Source: a virus. From it: 34,509 bases of DNA. The stretch spans positions 1-34,509 of the IMG/VR virus record IMGVR_UViG_3300045988_143498, one strand, 5' to 3'. The stretch's first letter is position 1. The number at the start of each line of letters is the position of its first letter. A program made the translations under genes and the position numbers. Shown piece by piece: positions 16,937-23,899 of the stretch. The notes beneath the pieces were generated by a model. The model was not told the origin of the DNA. It saw only the letters and a list, made by a program, of their open reading frames with translations, and made no database searches.

Positions 16937-18418
16937 ATGCAAAAAGCAATATTACCTTTAAGATACATAGGAATAAGTCAGCCAATGAATGGCAAGACCT
17001 CACATATAGGGCTTAAAGCCATAGATTTTGGCTGGAACTCAAATTACTATGAACAATCAACAGTATTATTAGCGCCCTTTGATGGCAAAGTTGTATGGAA
17101 AAAAGGCTCAAGCAATACAATAGCTTTTCAATCTAATGAAAAAGTTGAATATGCTGATGGCACAGTTGATTATATGACTGTTATTACTGCACATGATAAT
17201 AACGCACCTAGTGTCGGTAAAACATTTAAGCAAGGTGAAATTTATTCTCATAGTGGAACTGCAGGCGGTGTGCCTTTGCATTGCCATTTAGAAGTACAAA
17301 AAGGCAAGTTTCAATCTTATACAAGTATCAAAAACACAAGCTATGATGGAAGATATAACAGTTATATTTTTCCTAACACTTATATCCCATATGAAGCTTT
17401 GTTTATAAGAAATGATGAACTATTTACTGCTAATAAGGCTAATAACCCTTATACATGGAAGAAGGTAGGAGAGATGAGTAATTTAATTAAAATTGAAAAA
17501 GACCCCAACTATGACTACAAGTGGTCAGTTGATGGCAACCGTTATGGTGATAAGTACGATATCACAACACAAAATGGTTTTGGCGATACAAAACTTGAAA
17601 AAGAAGGTTGGGAGCTTGTTTTAAAAACTAATGCTTCATTATTCTATGGTTGGAATGACAACGGCATAATCAAACACTTTGCGTGCGGTTTAGAGAAATC
17701 CCGTGGAGTTAACAATCAAGAGTTAGAAATGGACTGCGTAAAAGACTACAACTCATGTATGGCTATTGCATGTGTTGGTGGTGAATTATATTTTGCTAGT
17801 CAAGAGTGGATAATCAATAATAAGTTAGAAGAATGTTACGGAGCAGTAACAGGATTAGGCTTAATATTAGGTGGTAAAGCACGAAATGATATGCACAAAG
17901 GTTTTGATGGTCAATTTAATCAATTGGCTGGTAGAACAATTATCGGTGAAGATAAAGATGGCAATATTATGTCTTATTCAATCAAAGGTGATGATAATAA
18001 AGGTGGTTTAACAGGCAAACAAGCTCAAGAAAAGTGCCTTGAATTAGGTTTCTACAATGCAATTATGTTAGATGGTGGTAGTAGTGTATTTAGGCAATAT
18101 GAAGGAAAGTATGATATTTCCACAGGTAGAAAAGTTAAAAACGCACTATTGCTTTACCGTAAAAAGAAAACACAAAAACCACAAGAACCAACAGAACCAA
18201 CTATTGACTATAAAACAAAGTACGAAGAACTCGAAAAAGCTTATAATGACTTAAACAGTGATTATAAGGCGCTAGAGAGCGACTACAAGGCTTTAAGCGT
18301 GGAGAACATAGAATTAACCAAGAAATTAAAAAAGCTCTCCACGGAGCTAGAATTGGTCAAAAACGATAATGCGCTTTTAAGTGACAAATTAAAGAAGATT
18401 AAGGAGATTGTTAATTAA
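16937..18418 (+). CDS. Lysin: M23 peptidase + phosphodiester-glycosidase (NAGPA)-like domain + C-terminal coiled coil
   Basis: GTAGGVPLHCHLEVQKG matches the M23 HxH motif. TNASLFYGW ... AIMLDGGSSV resembles NAGPA/DUF2233. The C-terminus has a DYKALESDYKAL repeat and heptad-like sequence. I chose the start at ATG 16937 (RBS AGGAG); the track start at 16907 lies inside the tandem repeat. Confidence 0.65.
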   Translation: MQKAILPLRYIGISQPMNGKTSHIGLKAIDFGWNSNYYEQSTVLLAPFDGKVVWKKGSSNTIAFQSNEKVEYADGTVDYMTVITAHDNNAPSVGKTFKQGEIYSHSGTAGGVPLHCHLEVQKGKFQSYTSIKNTSYDGRYNSYIFPNTYIPYEALFIRNDELFTANKANNPYTWKKVGEMSNLIKIEKDPNYDYKWSVDGNRYGDKYDITTQNGFGDTKLEKEGWELVLKTNASLFYGWNDNGIIKHFACGLEKSRGVNNQELEMDCVKDYNSCMAIACVGGELYFASQEWIINNKLEECYGAVTGLGLILGGKARNDMHKGFDGQFNQLAGRTIIGEDKDGNIMSYSIKGDDNKGGLTGKQAQEKCLELGFYNAIMLDGGSSVFRQYEGKYDISTGRKVKNALLLYRKKKTQKPQEPTEPTIDYKTKYEELEKAYNDLNSDYKALESDYKALSVENIELTKKLKKLSTELELVKNDNALLSDKLKKIKEIVN

Positions 18419-18792
18419 TGCAATTATTCATCACTTTCCTAACTTCAGTGTGCGTGCCTATTATTGTGGCTTTGATATCGAGTGGCACTTCTGCAAATAA
18501 ACTTTCAAAAAAAATCAGAGTTGATGAACTATTAGAAGAATTTAATAAACTTAATTATAAAGTCGATTGTAATAAAGCTGATAATTGTAGAGCAAGGATA
18601 TTACGATTTAATGGGGAAATCAAAAGAGGTGTACATCATGATGAAGAAGAATTTAATGATGTAATCAATTCAATTGATAATTACGAAGACTTTTGTAAAG
18701 ACCACGAAAAATACTCAAATAACAAAGCAGTATTGGCAATCGAGAACATCAAAAATGTTTATAAGAAAGCATATAGTAAGAATGATTTTTAA
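18418..18792 (+). CDS. Membrane-anchored protein of the lysis cassette (unknown function)
   Basis: 124 aa, ATGA-type coupling to the lysin gene, N-terminal TM helix (FITFLTSVCVPIIVALISSG). Confidence 0.5.
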   Translation: MQLFITFLTSVCVPIIVALISSGTSANKLSKKIRVDELLEEFNKLNYKVDCNKADNCRARILRFNGEIKRGVHHDEEEFNDVINSIDNYEDFCKDHEKYSNNKAVLAIENIKNVYKKAYSKNDF

Positions 18793-18793
18793 A

Positions 18794-18818
18794 GGGGGAT
18801 TTATTCCCCCTGTTTTTT
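18794..18818. terminator. Bidirectional terminator between the lysis genes and the minus-strand operon
   Basis: GGGGGA (18794-99), 5-nt loop, TCCCCC (18805-10), with T6 downstream and an A/T run upstream. It overlaps the 3' end of CDS 18801..18992. Confidence 0.7.
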
Positions 18819-18992
18819 AATGTCTTCTCTAATTAAATTCAAGATATAACTTGATACTGATTTTTGTTTGTTTAGGTGTTCTATTACATCTACATCACTT
18901 TTTGGTATTAATGCAGTAACACGCTTATAAGTCTTTTTCATGAAATCAGCGTTATATTTTGCAAAATCGAAGTAATCATCTTTATTAGTCAT
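18801..18992 (-). CDS. Ribbon-helix-helix (CopG/Arc-like) DNA-binding protein
   Basis: YKRVTALIPKSDVDVIEHLNKQKSVSSYILNLIREDI fits the beta-strand / helix / helix RHH pattern. It is the last gene of the operon and a paralog of CDS 32784..32954. Confidence 0.65.
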   Translation of the reverse strand: MTNKDDYFDFAKYNADFMKKTYKRVTALIPKSDVDVIEHLNKQKSVSSYILNLIREDIKKQGE

Positions 18993-18995
18993 AAT

Positions 18996-19226
18996 TTATC
19001 TTCCTACTTTATAACCATTAAACAATAAGTTAATATCTATTCTTTCTGTTTTTGGTTTTTGATAATTATCTTTATTTTCTTTAACCCAATCCATCATTGC
19101 TTTCTTTGTTTTAAATGTCTTTATATAGTCTTTATCTTTATCATATAAATCATACGTTGTGTGCTCTCTCTTTATAAGAGTATTCTTTTTGTAATACCAA
19201 TCTTTTCTTAACTTTTCTAGTTTCAT
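18996..19226 (-). CDS. Hypothetical protein (76 aa)
   Basis: I chose the start at the ATGA overlap with the upstream gene's stop (track start 19241). No recognised motif. Confidence 0.5.
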   Translation of the reverse strand: MKLEKLRKDWYYKKNTLIKREHTTYDLYDKDKDYIKTFKTKKAMMDWVKENKDNYQKPKTERIDINLLFNGYKVGR

Positions 19227-19654
19227 TTTATTTTCACCCAATAATTGCCTACTGTTTTATAGCCACAATTCCAAGTATCATACAATACACCATCAACGCA
19301 AGCTACCAAGTGGTGCGCTAATCTTAATACATAAGTACCTTGTTTATGGTTTTTTGCGAACTCATCAGCAGTATACTTTTTACCACTAGCTTTTTTAGGC
19401 TGTTTCATTTTTGTAAAGTCTTCATTATTTAAGTATGTTTCATAAGCCAAATCGCAATTAGGAACATCACCTAGTTCTTTTCCTGTATTGCATAGATTAT
19501 CATATGTTTCATACCAATCTTTATTAGTAGCTTTTGAAATTGCCCTTATAACACAATCATCAGTGAGATTGTGTTTAGGGTTAGCGTTATACCATTTAAA
19601 GGTATTAGTATCTGGAAATTTCTTTTTTCTGTTTATTTCTTTAAGTGTTAGCAT
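19223..19654 (-). CDS. Hypothetical protein with a papain-like Cys...His...Asp arrangement
   Basis: 143 aa. DDCVIRAIS is a candidate nucleophile Cys and LAHHLVACVDGVLYDTWN a candidate His/Asp. The fold assignment is inference only. Confidence 0.5.
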   Translation of the reverse strand: MLTLKEINRKKKFPDTNTFKWYNANPKHNLTDDCVIRAISKATNKDWYETYDNLCNTGKELGDVPNCDLAYETYLNNEDFTKMKQPKKASGKKYTADEFAKNHKQGTYVLRLAHHLVACVDGVLYDTWNCGYKTVGNYWVKIK

Positions 19655-19676
19655 TTGTTTATTTTCCTTTTCCTTT

Positions 19677-19910
19677 TTATTTTTTTAATTGTTCAACTAT
19701 TTTGTCAAAATCTTTATTATTTGTAGTGTGTTCATAGATATGTCTTAAGACTTCAAAGTTCTTGCCATTATCTCTAATCTCACATTCCAACAAGTCTTTG
19801 TTTACTTTAACTTCGTCAATTAGATAATTTATTATTCTATCTAATAGTTTTTGTTCTCGCAAATATTCCCGTTTAAGAAAATGTAAATAATCTTCATCAC
19901 GTTCAAGCAT
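19677..19910 (-). CDS. Hypothetical protein (77 aa), first gene of the minus-strand moron operon
   Basis: Strong RBS GGAAGGAGG, located directly downstream of a consensus promoter. Confidence 0.5.
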   Translation of the reverse strand: MLERDEDYLHFLKREYLREQKLLDRIINYLIDEVKVNKDLLECEIRDNGKNFEVLRHIYEHTTNNKDFDKIVEQLKK

Positions 19911-19937
19911 TTTGGTTACCTCCTTCCTATTACACTT

Positions 19938-19963
19938 ATTATTATAATGATTATTATAATAAT
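19938..19963. promoter_or_regulatory. 11-bp inverted repeat operator candidate overlapping the promoter spacer and -10
   Basis: ATTATTATAAT, 4-nt centre, ATTATAATAAT. The palindrome arms are perfect. Confidence 0.55.
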
Positions 19964-19969
19964 GTCAAG
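19941..19969 (-). promoter_or_regulatory. Consensus sigma-70-type promoter for operon 19910..18801
   Basis: On the minus strand: TTGACA (19969-19964), 17-nt spacer, TATAAT (19946-19941). Confidence 0.7.
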
Positions 19970-19994
19970 TCTTTTGAATAAATTTGTGTTAAAA

Positions 19995-20015
19995 TAAGGT
20001 CATTTATAAGGTCAC
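19995..20015 (+). repeat. attP arm-type repeat pair 1 (TAAGGTCA x2, 12-bp period)
   Basis: TAAGGTCAT at 19995-20003 and TAAGGTCAC at 20007-20015. Confidence 0.55.
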
Positions 20016-20177
20016 AAGATTTTAAAAGTAAAGAAAAAGCCCATAAATAGGGCATTTTAGATACTATGGTGCCGACACAACAGATTGAAGAGAATGCAAT
20101 ATTTCGTTCTATAATGTGTTAAATCATCCCATTTTATCGCATTTTGTAACATTTCATTTTATTTCGTTTTGAAAATT

Positions 20178-20198
20178 TAAGGTCACAAATAAGGTCAC
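20178..20198 (+). repeat. attP arm-type repeat pair 2 (TAAGGTCAC x2, 12-bp period)
   Basis: TAAGGTCAC at 20178-20186 and 20190-20198, in the same orientation as pair 1 and just downstream of the integrase 3' end. Confidence 0.55.
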
Positions 20199-20258
20199 GG
20201 ATATGTTAAAATAAATATGGTTAAAATTCATTTATATACCTCCCTTCTTGAACACGCA

Positions 20259-21281
20259 CTATTGCGTGTTTTTGATTTTATCTATCATATCAATAACTGT
20301 TTTTCCTTCATCATCCAGTACATGAATATAATTTTCAATTGTAGTCGATATAGAGCTATGCCCTAGCCTTTTTGATACCGTGGCTATATCAACACCCTTT
20401 GAGAGCAATAAAGACCCGTGAGAATGCCTTAAACTGTGTATAGTGATGTTTTTATTAATATTGGCTTGCTTCAAGCAGTTCTTTAAATGTCTTCTTAATG
20501 TTTCATTGCTTAAAGGAGTATCATCACCAAACAAATATACACCTTGCCTTTGAGCCAATGGAACTAACAAATTATAAGTATCATCATCAAGAGCGACTTT
20601 CTTTATAAGGCTAGAAGTTTTAGTGCCGACTTTAACAGAGCTTTCAGTTAACCTCATAGTACGCTTTATTACTAACATATGGTCGTTCAAGTCTTCTTTA
20701 TACAAAGCCCTTAATTCACCTCTTCTACATCCCGTCCAATATGCAGTATAAAAGAACGCATATATAATAGGGTTCTTCTCAAATTCAATCATCTTATTAA
20801 ACTCTTCTAATGTGATAACTTCTTTCTCTTGTTTCTCGTTTGGGTATAGTTTTATCACTGTTGAGATATTTTTGATGTCATAAACCTCATAAGCATAGTT
20901 GTAGACCGCTTTAACGTGTCCTAGTATGCGATTTTTAGTTGTGGGGTGTAAATACTCGTTTTTTTGAAATTCGTTTCTAAAATAGGTTAAATTAGCTTTG
21001 GTGATGTTTTCTAGTTTCTTATCTTTGAAAGGAATAAATCGCTCCATATAAGATAAACGATTATTTTTTTCTTCTTGTGAGCAACTTAAACCCTCCAACC
21101 ACTCTTTAAACATATCCTTAAAGGTGATAGGTGACTTTACCTTTGATACCTCTAACTCAAATCTTTTTGCACTAGCTTTATCAAGGAAACCCCTTTTGGT
21201 GGTTGATACCAACTTGCCTGCGTTATTCTTCTGATAGTACTTAACATAATAAGTACCTCTTTTCTTATCTTTGCAAATCAT
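20259..21281 (-). CDS. int: Tyrosine integrase (phage integrase family)
   Basis: 340 aa with an N-terminal SAM-like/arm-binding region. Catalytic motifs: TGCRRGEL, HSLRHSHGS, LGHSSISTTIENYIH. Confidence 0.92.
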   Translation of the reverse strand: MICKDKKRGTYYVKYYQKNNAGKLVSTTKRGFLDKASAKRFELEVSKVKSPITFKDMFKEWLEGLSCSQEEKNNRLSYMERFIPFKDKKLENITKANLTYFRNEFQKNEYLHPTTKNRILGHVKAVYNYAYEVYDIKNISTVIKLYPNEKQEKEVITLEEFNKMIEFEKNPIIYAFFYTAYWTGCRRGELRALYKEDLNDHMLVIKRTMRLTESSVKVGTKTSSLIKKVALDDDTYNLLVPLAQRQGVYLFGDDTPLSNETLRRHLKNCLKQANINKNITIHSLRHSHGSLLLSKGVDIATVSKRLGHSSISTTIENYIHVLDDEGKTVIDMIDKIKNTQ

Positions 21282-21511
21282 TTTTTATACACATACTTTC
21301 TTACTTCTTTTAAAATCTCATTAACATCAACATTGTAGATATCGCAAAGTTTGAATAAAACATTAATATCCATACCTCTATTACCTGTTTCATAATGGGC
21401 ATAACAAGAACGAGAAACACCCAATCTATCCGCTATTTCTTGTTGAGATAAGTTGCGTTCATTACGGATATTTTTTAAAACAGCACCTAGTTTTTTGTTA
21501 AACAACGTCAT
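21278..21511 (-). CDS. cI-like repressor (XRE-family HTH)
   Basis: LKNIRNERNLSQQEIADRLGVSRSCYAHYETG is an HTH_3 motif. The gene has an ATGA overlap with int and is divergent from the cro-like gene. Confidence 0.8.
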   Translation of the reverse strand: MTLFNKKLGAVLKNIRNERNLSQQEIADRLGVSRSCYAHYETGNRGMDINVLFKLCDIYNVDVNEILKEVRKYVYKK

Positions 21512-21549
21512 TTAGTTACCCTCTTTCTTTTCTCTTTTTTAGTATTTAA

Positions 21550-21578
21550 AGTATACATTTTGTAACCAAAAAAATCAA
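21550..21578 (-). promoter_or_regulatory. Promoter candidate for the repressor-integrase operon
   Basis: On the minus strand: TTGATT (21578-73), 17-nt spacer containing GGTTACAAAATG, then TATACT (21555-50). Confidence 0.55.
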
Positions 21579-21626
21579 AAATGATAGATAAAAAGTAGAA
21601 TTATATTAAAAAAAAACAAAAAATGA

Positions 21627-21655
21627 TTGTCACAAATTGGAACAAGTGATATTAT
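21627..21655 (+). promoter_or_regulatory. Promoter candidate for the early (cro-side) operon
   Basis: TTGTCA (21627-32), 17-nt spacer, TATTAT (21650-55). The spacer contains the operator-like sequence ACAAATTGGAACAAG. Confidence 0.6.
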
Positions 21656-21666
21656 GTATTTAGGGT

Positions 21667-21682
21667 GTTACAAAATGGAACA
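21667..21682 (+). promoter_or_regulatory. Operator copy GTTACAAAATGGAACA
   Basis: Perfect 16-mer, repeated at 21914-21929. A related half-site sits inverted at 21556-21567. Confidence 0.6.
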
Positions 21683-21695
21683 TCGAAAGGAGAAT

Positions 21696-21896
21696 ATGGA
21701 AAAGATAAAAAGAACAATAGCAGGCATTAGAAAAGACTTGGGATTAACCCAAAAGGAGATGGCAGAACAGTTAGGAATACCTTTAGTATCATATGCTAGA
21801 TACGAAAAAGGTGTTGTACCAACTCCAGTCGAAATCGCAGTCGCAATTGCCGATTTAGGCGGTGTTGTAGACTTGAGAGAAATTAAGTTCTATTAA
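21696..21896 (+). CDS. Cro-like XRE-family HTH regulator
   Basis: IRKDLGLTQKEMAEQLGIPLVSYARYEKG is an HTH_3 motif. The start is uncertain (ATG 21696 or 21675). The track start at 21627 is the TTG of the -35 box. Confidence 0.7.
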   Translation: MEKIKRTIAGIRKDLGLTQKEMAEQLGIPLVSYARYEKGVVPTPVEIAVAIADLGGVVDLREIKFY

Positions 21897-21913
21897 TTTT
21901 TTTAACCAAAATG

Positions 21914-21929
21914 GTTACAAAATGGAACA
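21914..21929 (+). promoter_or_regulatory. Operator copy GTTACAAAATGGAACA (second perfect copy)
   Basis: Identical 16-mer downstream of the cro-like gene, in a non-coding gap. Confidence 0.55.
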
Positions 21930-22051
21930 AAAGCGCTCTTCTAATGAGCGTGTTACAAGTCATAAAGAACTTTTTTCTCCAATTGTATCGTTTATTAGTA
22001 GGTAACTTTAACCAGCGTAACACGTTCACTAGAGGAGTGCAGGAAGGAGTT

Positions 22052-22279
22052 ATGAAAGACAGAGACAAGATAATTAATCAATATTACTTAAGCATTAATG
22101 ACATCAAGACACTACTAGGAGTTAGCCAAAGCACCGCTAAAAAAGTGTTTGATAAGGCTGATGAACTAGATGACAAAAAATTCAAAGAATTTAGAGTTGA
22201 AACAAAAAAGGTAACGATAAAGAGTGTTTTAGAGATTAACCACCTTAAATTGAAAGATTTAAAAAAAGAAGGGTGTTAG
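22052..22279 (+). CDS. Small HTH DNA-binding protein (excisionase-like guess)
   Basis: 75 aa from ATG 22052 (RBS GGAAGGAG). YYLSINDIKTLLGVSQSTAKKVF looks like an HTH. The upstream part of the track ORF (from 21911) is probably non-coding. Confidence 0.45.
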   Translation: MKDRDKIINQYYLSINDIKTLLGVSQSTAKKVFDKADELDDKKFKEFRVETKKVTIKSVLEINHLKLKDLKKEGC

Positions 22280-22325
22280 CCCTTCAGGAAAATAAACACC
22301 ATTATTTTACCTAGAAAGGAGAAAA

Positions 22326-22553
22326 ATGACAAGAGGTGAATTAACGCTAGAAATAGCTAAAAGACTGCAAGAAATTAAGGATTTATATTTAAGAGAATAC
22401 CCAGATGGAGATTGTCTTTCCCTAACAATTTTTAAAGACAGTATCAGTTTTAACAACAGATATTGGGTAGGTGGGAAAGATAAAGACTACCCAATTGACT
22501 ATTACGAAAATGAAAAGCGTATCTGTGTGAATAAAGAGTGGAAGGATAAGTAA
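22326..22553 (+). CDS. Hypothetical protein (75 aa)
   Basis: RBS AAAGGAG. No recognised motif. Confidence 0.5.
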   Translation: MTRGELTLEIAKRLQEIKDLYLREYPDGDCLSLTIFKDSISFNNRYWVGGKDKDYPIDYYENEKRICVNKEWKDK

Positions 22554-22699
22554 TGTTAGTAATTGTAATTTTAACAACATTACTAATGTATTGGGGCTTA
22601 TTTTCAGAGCCAACAGTTGTATTAGTATTTTCAATACCAACAGTCTTATGTGAATTAATAATTAACTATTTTATTGAGAAGGAGGAAAAACATGTGTAA
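22553..22699 (+). CDS. Small hydrophobic ORF (48 aa)
   Basis: TAATG coupling on both sides. By my translation: MLVIVILTTLLMYWGLFSEPTVVLVFSIPTVLCELIINYFIEKEEKHV. Not in the ORF track. Confidence 0.35.
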   Translation: MLVIVILTTLLMYWGLFSEPTVVLVFSIPTVLCELIINYFIEKEEKHV

Positions 22700-23337
22700 T
22701 GAGTAGAAGGGTTAAAACATCCGCAGACCAAAACGATAAGACTTTACCTATTAAAGATATTAAACAACAAAACAATATGTTGTACTACTGGTTAAACAAA
22801 AAGAATAAAGCCAATGGCTACAATGCGTATATTGCTGATAGAAATTACTTGTTTATCTTTTTAGGATTAAACACCGCCTTTAGAGCAGAAGACTTGTTGC
22901 AATTAAGACCCAAAGATTTAGATGGTGGCTATGTTCGTATCAAAGAAAACAAAACAGGCAAAACACAAAACTTTAAGATGAATAACCAAGTCTATAAAGA
23001 AGTACAAGAATACTGCAAAAGAAATGACATAGGTGATTATGACTATCTGTTTCAATCAAGAAGAAAGGATGGTGTTATTAGAGCAATATCAAGACAACAA
23101 GCATGGAGAATGGTTAAGAATACTGGAAAGGAGGTAGGTATCAAATATAAGTTTGGTGTTCATAGTCTTCGTAAAACATTTGGTTACAACTTTATAAGCA
23201 AAGGCGGGAACGTATTAACACTAATGAAAATGTATAATCATAGTTCACCAGCTATCACTTTACTCTATGTAATGTGGGGTACTGATGATGTAGAAAATGA
23301 ACGTAATAATGTGTTTAACGGAGTAGGCTCTTTGTGA
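22699..23337 (+). CDS. Short tyrosine recombinase (catalytic domain only, 212 aa)
   Basis: LNTAFRAEDLLQL (Arg I), VHSLRKTFG (HxxR) and YNHSSPAITLLYV (His, Tyr). It has no long N-terminal core- or arm-binding domain. Confidence 0.8.
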   Translation: MSRRVKTSADQNDKTLPIKDIKQQNNMLYYWLNKKNKANGYNAYIADRNYLFIFLGLNTAFRAEDLLQLRPKDLDGGYVRIKENKTGKTQNFKMNNQVYKEVQEYCKRNDIGDYDYLFQSRRKDGVIRAISRQQAWRMVKNTGKEVGIKYKFGVHSLRKTFGYNFISKGGNVLTLMKMYNHSSPAITLLYVMWGTDDVENERNNVFNGVGSL

Positions 23338-23484
23338 AATAAATAAACATTTTCACACAAATCACGGAAACGCTAATCCATGTTACATTCAAACATAAAA
23401 AATTGATTAAAAGCCCATGAATACTAGTGATTAGTGCATTTGGTGAATGTTACAGAATATAGTAATCGGTTGCATTCAAATTAA

Positions 23485-23495
23485 TACAAAATGGA
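23485..23495 (+). promoter_or_regulatory. Partial operator-like motif TACAAAATGGA upstream of the replication genes
   Basis: Matches the core of the 16-mer operator. Nearby are the GTTACA-containing repeats TGTTACATTCAAAC (23381-94), AATGTTACAG (23446-55) and GGTTGCATTCAAAT (23468-81). Confidence 0.35.
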
Positions 23496-23545
23496 TAGGT
23501 TTATAAGGGAGTTCATATTATGAAAGGAGAAAAAAAGATAATGAT

Positions 23546-23662
23546 ATGGTCGTAATAGAACTTATATATAGGGTGCTGATAATTTATTTCACTATCGGTA
23601 TAATTTGGGACTTTGTAGAGCTTATGTATAGGGCATTTAAAAGAAGAAAAAGAGGTAAATAA
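23546..23662 (+). CDS. Small hydrophobic ORF (38 aa)
   Basis: RBS AAAGGAG lies upstream. By my translation: MVVIELIYRVLIIYFTIGIIWDFVELMYRAFKRRKRGK. Not in the ORF track; weak call. Confidence 0.3.
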   Translation: MVVIELIYRVLIIYFTIGIIWDFVELMYRAFKRRKRGK

Positions 23663-23896
23663 ATGACACAAAAGGAATTAATCATAAACCACTTAAAAGC
23701 CAATAAAAGAGGTATTACAAGCATGGAAGCTATAGAAAAGTATGGTGCTACTAGATTATCTGGTATTATCTATGACTTAAAACATAGAGACAATCTAAAC
23801 ATCATTACCGAGAGAATAACAGTTCAAACAATATATGGTTCTACTCAAATAGCTAGATATAAGTTGATTGAAGGTAAACACCATGAAACATTTTAG
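23663..23896 (+). CDS. Winged-helix DNA-binding protein (HTH_39-like)
   Basis: ITSMEAIEKYGATRLSGIIYDLKHRDNLNI ... IARYKLI follows the pattern of small phage wHTH proteins. Confidence 0.5.
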   Translation: MTQKELIINHLKANKRGITSMEAIEKYGATRLSGIIYDLKHRDNLNIITERITVQTIYGSTQIARYKLIEGKHHETF

Positions 23897-23899
23897 GAG

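Noticed and set aside
20067-20089. tRNA 3'-end-like sequence on the minus strand (TTCAATCTGTTGTGTCGGCACCA, ending in CCA) as an attP core matching a tRNA gene
   Set aside because: I could not fold a proper T-arm: there is no complementary 5' T-stem and position 61 would not be C. The CACCA ending may be chance. It remains only a weak hint for where to look for the core.
21627-21695. N-terminal extensions of track ORFs starting at TTG or GTG: 21627, 33893, 16907, 21911, 25123, 30978
   Set aside because: The proposed starts coincide with -35 boxes, operator copies or tandem repeats. Downstream ATG codons with proper AGGAG-type RBSs give more plausible starts.
22267-22284. Hairpin GAAGGG-6 nt-CCCTTC after CDS 22052..22279 as a terminator
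   Set aside because: No T tract follows it, and the next gene's RBS starts within about 35 nt. It is probably just local structure.
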